Assembly (NCBI GenBank): GCA_021324755.1
Contig: JAJPIL010000023.1
Coordinates: forward strand, 28,138-92,137
DNA: 64,000 nucleotides
Reading direction: 5' to 3'
From: Pseudomonadota bacterium
Lineage (GTDB): Bacteria; Desulfobacterota; Binatia; Binatales; Binataceae
Part shown: positions 1 through 7,773 of the stretch, one piece after another
Layout of the letters: the number at the start of each line of letters is the position of its first letter
Numbering within the stretch: position 1 is the stretch's first letter
The notes under the pieces: model-generated
The model's database searches: none
The model's input: only the letters and a program-made list of their open reading frames with translations
Told to the model about the DNA's origin: nothing
Translations under genes and position numbers: made by a program

Positions 1-5
1 GGTTT

Positions 6-767
6 GTGCCGTTCAACGGAAACCCTCGCCTTGGAATCGAAAAGCATTTCATCAGGACGGGACTGAGTGCGCCCGACGACTGGGTTGCCGGTTGTCACTG
101 CATAGCGCCGAAATACATCGAGGCGATGGTGGAAACGAGCCGACAGAATCTTGGGCTTGAGACGATCGACATCTACTACTTGCACAACCCGGAGATTCAA
201 TTGGAGGCGGTCGATCGCGCGAAGTTCATGCGCAGGATGAGGGCTGCGTTCGAGGTGTTAGAAAAGAAGGTCGCGCAAGGAGAGATCGGCGTCTACGGAA
301 CCGCAACTTGGGCGGGTTATCGGGCTGACCCCGATGAGCCCGGATACTTATCGCTCGCCGAACTGGTGAAGCTGGCCGAGGAAGTGGCTGGCGCTGGCCA
401 TCACTTCAAGGTGATCCAGCTGCCGTACAATTTGGTGATGTTGGAAGCGCTCGGACGGGCGAATCAGCGGGTGGATAGTAAAGTCTGCTCGGTGCTCGAG
501 GCTGCCGAAGAGCTCGGGATCGGCGTGTGCGTGAGCGCTCCGTTGCTGCAAGGTCGACTAGCCCGCGGCTTGCCGTCGCAACTGGTAGCAAGATTTGCTG
601 GGTTGAGCTCGCATGCGCAATGCGCGCTCCAGTTCGTCCGCTCCACACCCGGAGTTGACGTGGCGCTGGTCGGGATGAAGTCCGAGCGGCACGTTCTCGA
701 AAGCCTTGAGTTGGCTAAACGGCCCCCGCTGAGCGAGGACGAGTTTGCGACGCTTTTCTCACAGTGA
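6..767 (+). CDS. Aldo/keto reductase family oxidoreductase (5'-truncated by window edge)
   Basis: S-x-x-NLG-x-x-x-IDIYYLHNP motif, IGVYG, QLPYN and PL-x-x-GRL AKR signatures; frame is open to the window start. Confidence 0.85.
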   Translation: MPFNGNPRLGIEKHFIRTGLSAPDDWVAGCHCIAPKYIEAMVETSRQNLGLETIDIYYLHNPEIQLEAVDRAKFMRRMRAAFEVLEKKVAQGEIGVYGTATWAGYRADPDEPGYLSLAELVKLAEEVAGAGHHFKVIQLPYNLVMLEALGRANQRVDSKVCSVLEAAEELGIGVCVSAPLLQGRLARGLPSQLVARFAGLSSHAQCALQFVRSTPGVDVALVGMKSERHVLESLELAKRPPLSEDEFATLFSQ

Positions 768-1069
768 CTTGTCTGCGCCACGTAGGGCGAGCAATAGCGC
801 CCCTGTCGGCGTGATCACGCTGCAAAAAAGCGCTTGCGAGCTTGAGTGCGACGGAAAAGCTCATCGAGTTGAAAAGTTTGCGCGTAACTCGACAATCCTA
901 GGCCTTGCCTCGTTGCTTGGCGCGATCGTCTCGACAATGGCGCTTAAGCAAGAGCGTCGACGCGCCGATCCTCAAGCGCGCGTCCGAAGGAGCCTGGCGG
1001 CGCGCGCGCAGATCTCCCCGCCGGCAGGAGCCTCAGCGCAGCTCATGCTTCGGGGAAATAAATAACGGG

Positions 1070-1288
1070 CTAGAAATGAGAAGAGCCTTCGCTACTGGTG
1101 TATCGTCTGGAGGGCGAAGGTTTTGGCTTTTTGTACTGGAAGGTAGTATTGCAGTACGGACAAACACCTCGCGGCTCGCTGCCGGCACGGCGAACAAGGC
1201 GGGTGTAACGAACAGAACCGTCGCTGCACAGATGCGCGACGACAGGAAAATCATAAACGGTGCGAAGCACGGTTGCGTTCTGCGCCAT
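1070..1288 (-). CDS. Small hypothetical Zn-ribbon protein (HxC...CPYC), 72 aa
   Basis: ATG preceded by GAGGGAG; AHLCSDG...GVCPYCNTTF pattern; sits in an otherwise empty 770-bp gap. Confidence 0.55.
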   Translation of the reverse strand: MAQNATVLRTVYDFPVVAHLCSDGSVRYTRLVRRAGSEPRGVCPYCNTTFQYKKPKPSPSRRYTSSEGSSHF

Positions 1289-1544
1289 CTAACCCTAGAG
1301 CTCCCTCATGTAAGAATGCCCTTATCGTTTATGCAGGCTCGCGTAGCGAGCTTTGCGTTTTTGTGGATTCCTAGCGTTTCAAGATAGTAAATTTCGAAAA
1401 TCAATCAATGCCTTTTCAACGAATAGTTGAAAAAAATTTGTTCGCGTTCGGTGACGCCTACTCCAGATCCCTTAGCTTGGGTTAATTGCTCGCCAGAAGG
1501 GGCGACGCGACTGTGGAGCAAGAGAGTCGCTTGGGTTTGGGTTC

Positions 1545-3035
1545 ATGAAAGAGATCAAAAAACTTCTCGTTGCCAATCGTGCCGAGATTGCGCTGCGCAT
1601 CATCCGGACCGCCAAGGCTTTGGGGATCAAGACGGTGGCGGTCTTCTCGGAGGCCGACAAAACGGCCGCGCACGTTGCAGCGGCGGATGAGGCCGTAAGC
1701 CTTGGCTCGCCGGAGGCTTCGCGAAGCTATCTCAATATCGCAGCGATCATCGATGCTGCCAGGCGGGTCAAGGCTGACGCGATTCATCCGGGCTATGGTT
1801 TCCTTTCTGAACGCGCCGACTTCGCGAAGGCTGTAGCCGACGCGGGGATCATCTTCGTCGGGCCGCCAGCTTCGGCGCTGGCGTTGGCCGGCGACAAAAT
1901 CGGCGCCCGCAAAATTGCTATGGAATGCGCAATTCCGGTGGTACCGGGAGGTGAGGTGGAAGATTTGTCCGCTGCTCGGGCACTGGCTGCGCGTTTGGGT
2001 TTCCCGGTCGTGGTCAAGGCTGCAGCCGGCGGCGGCGGACGAGGCATGCGTGTGGTCCGCGCCGAAACGGAGCTGGAAGAGGCGCTCGAAGCGGGCGCTC
2101 GAGAGGCTAAACAAGCCTTTGGCGACGGACGAGTCTACCTGGAGAAGTTTCTGGCGCGTCCGCGCCACGTGGAAGTTCAGCTTTTGTGCGACGCATATGG
2201 GCGCGTGGTCGTGCTAGGCGAGCGAGAATGCTCGGTTCAGCGCCGCCATCAGAAACTGATCGAAGAGTCGCCTTCGCCGGTGGTCGACGACGAACTGCGC
2301 AGTAAGATGGCGCAGGCCGCGATCAAGCTTGCTCAGCGCACGGGATATGTTAATGCAGGAACGGTGGAGTTTTTGCTCGACGGGCGGGAATTTTACTTTC
2401 TTGAAATCAACGCGCGCCTCCAGGTCGAGCATCCCGTGACCGAGCTTCGCTTCAACTGCGATCTCGTTGCCGAGCAGCTGAAGCTAGCTGCCGGCGAGCC
2501 CGTGCGCGACCGATGGGAGCCAAGGGGACACGCGCTCGAGTGTCGGATTTACGCCGAGGATCCCGAACTTGGGTTTCGGCCGGCCACGGGCGAGGTGCTC
2601 TACGTTCACAAGCCCGAAGGACCCGGCGTGCGCGTCGACTCGTGGATAGAGCCAGGCTCGCGCATCACTCCTTATTACGACGGCTTGCTCGCCAAAGTGA
2701 TTACCTACGGCGAAGACCGCGAGCAGGCGCGTCGCAGAATGGCGATCGCCCTTGAGGAGCTGGTACTCGCAGGAGTACCCCACACAGGAGGCTTTTTGCG
2801 CGACATCGTCCTTAGCGAACCCTTTATTCGGGGCGAACTTTCGACGCGACTAATTGACGAGCAGTTCGCGACGTGGCGTCCCGACCAGCAGGCCCTTCGG
2901 GTCGCCTTGGCAATGGCGGCGACGGCTTTTGTCCGGCGGATCGACCTAACTCAATCAGCTACCGGTCCAACTTTGAACAGGCGTGCCGACCGTTCACCCT
3001 GGGTCGAGCTGCGTGGGTTCGTTCCCTGGAGCTAA
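1545..3035 (+). CDS. Biotin carboxylase subunit of an acetyl/propionyl/methylcrotonyl-CoA carboxylase
   Basis: KLLVANRAEIA, HPGYGFLSE, KAAAGGGGRGM, ERECSVQRRHQK, EINARLQVEHPVTE. Confidence 0.95.
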   Translation: MKEIKKLLVANRAEIALRIIRTAKALGIKTVAVFSEADKTAAHVAAADEAVSLGSPEASRSYLNIAAIIDAARRVKADAIHPGYGFLSERADFAKAVADAGIIFVGPPASALALAGDKIGARKIAMECAIPVVPGGEVEDLSAARALAARLGFPVVVKAAAGGGGRGMRVVRAETELEEALEAGAREAKQAFGDGRVYLEKFLARPRHVEVQLLCDAYGRVVVLGERECSVQRRHQKLIEESPSPVVDDELRSKMAQAAIKLAQRTGYVNAGTVEFLLDGREFYFLEINARLQVEHPVTELRFNCDLVAEQLKLAAGEPVRDRWEPRGHALECRIYAEDPELGFRPATGEVLYVHKPEGPGVRVDSWIEPGSRITPYYDGLLAKVITYGEDREQARRRMAIALEELVLAGVPHTGGFLRDIVLSEPFIRGELSTRLIDEQFATWRPDQQALRVALAMAATAFVRRIDLTQSATGPTLNRRADRSPWVELRGFVPWS

Positions 3036-3568
3036 TGGCGATGAAAATAGTTCGAAAAAATCAGACCGAAGAGCACGAACTTGAACTTGAGCGTGATCAA
3101 GGTGACCAAATTACGGCGCGGGTCGACGGTAGCTCTGTTGTTTTGACAATCCAAAGGCTCAGTGATGGTTCGTTTCTGGTGTCGGACGGTGAGCGCCGAT
3201 ACCGCGGGTTTGTTTGCCGAAGCGAATCAGGCGTGGAAGTGGCGATCGGCCCCTACCTTTTTAGCTTTACGCTCGAACAAGCGCGTGAGGTTCGCTCGCG
3301 CAGCACGCAGGTGGCGAGACCCGAAATTGTTGCTCCGATGCCGGGGCGGGTGGCTAAAGTTATGGTGGCAGAGGGCGACCGGGTCAGAAAAGGTCAGCCC
3401 GTGCTTGTGCTCGAGGCGATGAAGATGGAGCTCGTGCTCAGCGCCGAGGTGCCGGGCACGGTAACGAGGTTGCGCGTCACGGTCGGTACTCAGATAGAAG
3501 CCGGAGCCGTTTTAGTCGAAATCAAGCCTGACCTATCAACTCAACAAGCCGAGACCGAAGCCAGTTGA
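3035..3568 (+). CDS. Biotin carboxyl carrier protein with N-terminal BT-like domain
   Basis: APMPG and EAMKME biotinylation motif; ATG at 3035 overlaps the upstream TAA (alternative ATG 3041). Confidence 0.9.
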   Translation: MAMKIVRKNQTEEHELELERDQGDQITARVDGSSVVLTIQRLSDGSFLVSDGERRYRGFVCRSESGVEVAIGPYLFSFTLEQAREVRSRSTQVARPEIVAPMPGRVAKVMVAEGDRVRKGQPVLVLEAMKMELVLSAEVPGTVTRLRVTVGTQIEAGAVLVEIKPDLSTQQAETEAS

Positions 3569-3746
3569 GCCATGCCTCGAAATCCATCTCCGCGTCTACC
3601 ACGATTTCGTACTTGCCATTGGGAAGTTTGCGCACGGAACCGGGATGACTTGTGCGTAGCGGTATCACGACCGCCTCTCTGGAAAGCCCCAAAGGCTCGA
3701 TGATTGCGAAAATACGCTCGATTTCACGAAGAGTGATAGTTTTCAT
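3522..3746 (-). CDS. Hypothetical protein, 74 aa
   Basis: ATG start, globular-looking composition, fills the gap; 3' end overlaps the convergent BCCP gene by 47 bp. Confidence 0.6.
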   Translation of the reverse strand: MKTITLREIERIFAIIEPLGLSREAVVIPLRTSHPGSVRKLPNGKYEIVVDAEMDFEAWLNWLRSRLVELIGQA

Positions 3747-3961
3747 CGCCTAGACTAGCACGCACAGCTACGACTACACTAAAAGAGCTCTGATCGAACG
3801 TTATTTCATAGCCGAAGCCGCGCTCAGCTTTTCAAACTTTTCAAAAATCTGTGCTTATCTTTGACGCGCTTCGGCTTGAAGGCAAGTATGTGCCTTTGTG
3901 ATACTAGCTTTTGGAGTCGCGCGTTAGCGCCAGGCGAAACCAACGTACGGGGGATTTGCCT

Positions 3962-4165
3962 ATGTACGGCACGATTAAAAAAATCGTGAGGGACAAGGGT
4001 TTCGGGTTCATCATCCCCGACGACGGAGGCGAGGAGGTCTTTTTCCATCGGTCGCGCCTGTCACCTAAGCTTTATTTCGAGGAGTTGCGCGAGGGAACCG
4101 AGGTGCAGTTCGAGGTGAGAAGCAGCGAGAAAGGCAGACAGGCTTATAATCTACGGCTTCGCTGA
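3962..4165 (+). CDS. csp: Cold-shock domain protein
   Basis: MYGTIKKIVRDKGFGFI (RNP1) and EVFFH (RNP2); ATG 3962 after GGGGGA. Confidence 0.93.
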   Translation: MYGTIKKIVRDKGFGFIIPDDGGEEVFFHRSRLSPKLYFEELREGTEVQFEVRSSEKGRQAYNLRLR

Positions 4166-4233
4166 ACCAGGGCGGATTGAGCTTTTGCTGTCAAAGGAGC
4201 GCCGTTGAAGCATCGGTACTCTGATTCGACGCA

Positions 4234-4767
4234 ATGTCCACGCCTCAGCTGGAGGATTCGGTGACCCTCGCCGAGCATCACCGTCATCACCGCGAGCTCA
4301 AGCGCGCTCTGAGGCTGGGCGTGATAACGATCAGCGACACCCGCACACCAGAGACTGACGAGAGTGGCAAGCTGATAAAGGAACTTTTAGTCCAGGCTGG
4401 GCATCGAGTCGAGTATTACGAAATCCTTCCTGACGAGCCTCAACGGATCGTGCTTACGCTCCGTCGGCATTTGCCCCATCTAGACGGAATTATTACTAAC
4501 GGCGGCACCGGAATCGCACCAAGAGACACAACGTTCGACGCGGTTCGCCCTCTTTTGCAAAAGGAGCTCGAGGGCTTTGGCGAGCTGTTTCGGATGCTCT
4601 CGTATCAGGAGGTCGGACCCGCAGCTTTTCTTAGCCGGGCCGTAGCTGGCGTAAGCGAAGGAAAACTGCTCGTAGCGCTGCCGGGTGCTCCGAACGCCTG
4701 CAAACTTGCGATGGAGAAGCTGTTATTGCCGGAGCTCGGACATATCGCGTACCTTTTGGACCTGTAA
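4234..4767 (+). CDS. moaB: MoaB/MogA family molybdenum cofactor biosynthesis protein
   Basis: ITISDTR...DESG, GGTGIAPRD, GFGELFR, SRA, LPG motifs. Confidence 0.92.
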   Translation: MSTPQLEDSVTLAEHHRHHRELKRALRLGVITISDTRTPETDESGKLIKELLVQAGHRVEYYEILPDEPQRIVLTLRRHLPHLDGIITNGGTGIAPRDTTFDAVRPLLQKELEGFGELFRMLSYQEVGPAAFLSRAVAGVSEGKLLVALPGAPNACKLAMEKLLLPELGHIAYLLDL

Positions 4768-5486
4768 TGCGATTGAGATTGAAGCTTTTCGCATCTTTGC
4801 GCGAGCGAGCTCGTTTTGGCGAGCTGGCGCGCGATTTTCCGGAAGGAATAAGCGTCGGCGAGATCTGGCGCGAGCTTTGCGCCGAGTTTCCTTCCTTGCA
4901 GGAAGCGAAAAATTCGGTGTCGTGCGCGGTAAACTACGAATACGTTGACTTCGCTTTCAAGCCGCGCGACGGCGACGAAGTGGCCTTCATCCCACCGGTG
5001 AGCGGCGGTACCGAGGACGTGGAGGTTCCCTGGGTTGGCACGGTGGCGATTGGCCCCGAACCGATCGAGGTTGGGCTGCTTGAGCGGGAAGTAAGCGAGC
5101 CGTCAGCCGGTGCGGTAGTGACTTTTTCGGGAACTACCCGCAACCACAACGCAGGCAGGCGTGTCCTGCGCCTGGAGTACGAAGCGTATCTGCCGATGGC
5201 ACTGCGCGAGATGCGCAAGATCGCGGCCGAGGCTGGCCATCGGTTCCGCATAACCAAGATCGCTATCCGCCATCGTATCGGTATGGTGGAAGTCGGCGAG
5301 GTTTCCGTCGCTATCGCGGTTGCTGCCCCCCATCGAGCCGAAGCCTTCGGAGCCTGTCGCTTTGCAATCGACCGCATCAAGGAGCTCGTTCCAATCTGGA
5401 AGAAGGAGTACTTCGAAGGCGGCGAGGTTTGGATCGGATGCCAGACGTCGCATCCGCCGCATATCGCTTCTGAAGATTGCCGTTAA
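4767..5486 (+). CDS. moaX: Fused molybdopterin synthase MoaD-MoaE (MoaX-type)
   Basis: N-terminal LFASLRE...DGDEVAFIPPVSGG (MoaD) continues in frame into GAVVTFSG, LEYEAY, HRIG, IKELVPIWKKE (MoaE). Confidence 0.92.
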   Translation: MRLRLKLFASLRERARFGELARDFPEGISVGEIWRELCAEFPSLQEAKNSVSCAVNYEYVDFAFKPRDGDEVAFIPPVSGGTEDVEVPWVGTVAIGPEPIEVGLLEREVSEPSAGAVVTFSGTTRNHNAGRRVLRLEYEAYLPMALREMRKIAAEAGHRFRITKIAIRHRIGMVEVGEVSVAIAVAAPHRAEAFGACRFAIDRIKELVPIWKKEYFEGGEVWIGCQTSHPPHIASEDCR

Positions 5487-5602
5487 CGGTTAACCGGAGA
5501 AGCATCAAGGATGGTAGGCATCTTGACGGCCGGACCCCTGCTGTTTTCGCTTTGGAATTATCGCTAAGCTAAGCGTACAATTCCGATGGAAAGTTAGGTT
5601 GA

Positions 5603-6640
5603 ATGACTACTACAAGTTCGCTTAAGGAACCGAAGTTGCAAGCGTCGTCTTTGGACGCGGTGTTAGCTAATCACATGGTTGAGAAAATAATTCTCGCCGA
5701 GCCGCGCGGATTTTGTGCCGGCGTAGAGCGAGCGGTCGAGGCGGTACGTTCCGCGCTAAAGATCTACGGCCGTCCGCTTTACGTACGCCATCAGATAGTG
5801 CACAACCGCTTTGTGCTCGAAGCGCTCGAGGCGGAGGGTGCGGTTTTCGTCGAGGATCTAGACGAAGTTCCGTACGGTCAGCGCGTTATCTTCAGCGCTC
5901 ACGGCGTTGCACCCAGCGAGTGGGACCATGCAAAAGAGCGGGGCCTTAAGGTTATCGATGCGACGTGTCCTTTAGTGACCAAAGTGCATCTTGAGGTCGA
6001 GCGGTACGCACGCGAGGGTCGCACGGTAATTCTGGTGGGCCATGCCGGTCACGAGGAAGTAAAGGGAACTTTAGGCGTCGCCCCAGGCAAGGTATTGCTG
6101 GTTGGCAGCGAAAAAGAGGCCGAGACCGTCCAGGTGCCCGATCCGTCGAGGGTTGCGGTGGTTACCCAGACCACGCTCAGTATCGACGACACGCGGCACA
6201 TTATCGAGGCTCTGAGGCGGCGATTCCCAGCGCTTGTCACCCCCAAGAGCGACGACATTTGCTATGCGACGCAGACCCGCCAGAACGCGGTCAAGGAACT
6301 TGCGCGTTTGACGGATGCGATTTTGGTGGTCGGCTCGCAACAAAGCTCGAACGCTAATCGACTGGTCGAGGTCGCCATAGCTCATGGCACTCGTTCGTTT
6401 TTGGTCGATTCGATCCGGGACTTGACGGCCGAGATGCTAGACGGGGTGAGAATTCTGGGTCTTACGGCCAGCGCGTCGTCACCGGAATGGTTGGTGGAAG
6501 AAATTGTCGACGCTTTTAAACGCCAAGGGACCAAGGTCGAGTTGCTAAGTGTGGCCAAAGAGCGAGTGCATTTCTTGCTACCAATGGCTGACGGCGAGCG
6601 CCTGAACGCTTGCGGCACTGCTGCGCGGAGCGCAAGTTAG
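5603..6640 (+). CDS. ispH: 4-hydroxy-3-methylbut-2-enyl diphosphate reductase (start may be ATG 5675)
   Basis: PRGFCAGV, IVHN, SAHGV, DATCPLV, GHEEV, DDICYAT, SSN motifs with the three Fe-S cysteines. Confidence 0.95.
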   Translation: MTTTSSLKEPKLQASSLDAVLANHMVEKIILAEPRGFCAGVERAVEAVRSALKIYGRPLYVRHQIVHNRFVLEALEAEGAVFVEDLDEVPYGQRVIFSAHGVAPSEWDHAKERGLKVIDATCPLVTKVHLEVERYAREGRTVILVGHAGHEEVKGTLGVAPGKVLLVGSEKEAETVQVPDPSRVAVVTQTTLSIDDTRHIIEALRRRFPALVTPKSDDICYATQTRQNAVKELARLTDAILVVGSQQSSNANRLVEVAIAHGTRSFLVDSIRDLTAEMLDGVRILGLTASASSPEWLVEEIVDAFKRQGTKVELLSVAKERVHFLLPMADGERLNACGTAARSAS

Positions 6641-6659
6641 CCTTGAGCGTCGTTTATCG

Positions 6660-7334
6660 CTAGCGCGGAGAAGCTTTTGCGCAGTCGAAACACCTGAGCA
6701 GAGCAAGCGTAATTCGCAGCGTAAGACCCCAAATAACCCGACCTTCGTATGCGATGGCGGGATGCGCGCTTCGGCTTCCGTCGGGATGGTCGAAGTGGTA
6801 GGTAATCCGATACCCGGGGTCGCGCAAGACGCTTATCGGTACGCTGAAAACCTCCTCGACCTCCTGGGTGTTGGCAACGATGCCATCGAGCGAACTCAGC
6901 ACGCTGACGTAAGGCACGACCGCGACACCGCTTCGGCTTACCTCGAAGAAGGGAAGCCTGCCCAGGACCTCGACTCGTTGAGGAGAAAGGCCGATTTCTT
7001 CCTCTGCTTCCCGTAAAGCCGTCATAAGTAGATTCGGGTCGGTCGAATCCTGTTTGCCACCTGGAAAAGCTACTTCGCCTCGATGATGGGCAAGTCGCTT
7101 AGAGCGTTTGGTGTACAGTAATCGCAACTCGCCGTCGTGAATGAAAAGTGGCACTAGGACCGCGCCAAGTGCTCTTGGCCGAATCTCTGATCGCGCGGCA
7201 AGACGCAGCAGTTCCGAGACGAGTCTCTCGTCTTTGTCGTCTACATCTCGCTGGCGGCGAAAAAAAGCGCGCAGGCTTAAAAGCTCTTGCTCGGCTGAGT
7301 CTCTGAATTGAAGAATCTTGCCGTCTTCTCCCAA
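6660..7334 (-). CDS. Nudix hydrolase, CoA pyrophosphatase (NudL/PCD1-like)
   Basis: LYTKRS...HRGEVAFPGG CoA motif, ALREAEEEIG Nudix box, IWGLT. Confidence 0.88.
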   Translation of the reverse strand: MGEDGKILQFRDSAEQELLSLRAFFRRQRDVDDKDERLVSELLRLAARSEIRPRALGAVLVPLFIHDGELRLLYTKRSKRLAHHRGEVAFPGGKQDSTDPNLLMTALREAEEEIGLSPQRVEVLGRLPFFEVSRSGVAVVPYVSVLSSLDGIVANTQEVEEVFSVPISVLRDPGYRITYHFDHPDGSRSAHPAIAYEGRVIWGLTLRITLALLRCFDCAKASPR

Positions 7335-7773
7335 AATCGTCTCTGACTTGTGACCGGTTGGAAGTAGTGAATCTGTCTTAATTTATCATACGATGGTCTA
7401 GCCGTTTTCGGGGACAAGCAATTTATCGTGCGTGCGCCGACCTTCCTGACTGGGCTGATTTATCTACACATAGCGCAATTTTTTCACCGGTTTAAGGACT
7501 TCTTCGCAGACTACCGGCCAGGCCAACGGACGGGCGTTTTCGCTTTGAGCTGCTTGTCCTACGTCGGAGCACGCCCGTTGATTGGCAAGTGCACCTTGAG
7601 GGTTGAAGTGGAATTTATGGCGGCCAATCCGGCTGGCACGTTTGTTGATAACGTGATCTAGGGGGGCTTTGCTGTAAGTAAAGTTAGCTGAATTTTGATA
7701 GATTGAGACTGTTGCGAGCGGGCGAATTCGAGTAAGAGCGATTACAAGGTTCCAAAGGTTTCTCCCAGCCACG

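Noticed and set aside
1033..1254. 73-aa ORF with a signal-peptide-like start
   Set aside because: Overlaps the better-supported 1070-1288 ORF in another frame and has no SD or motif
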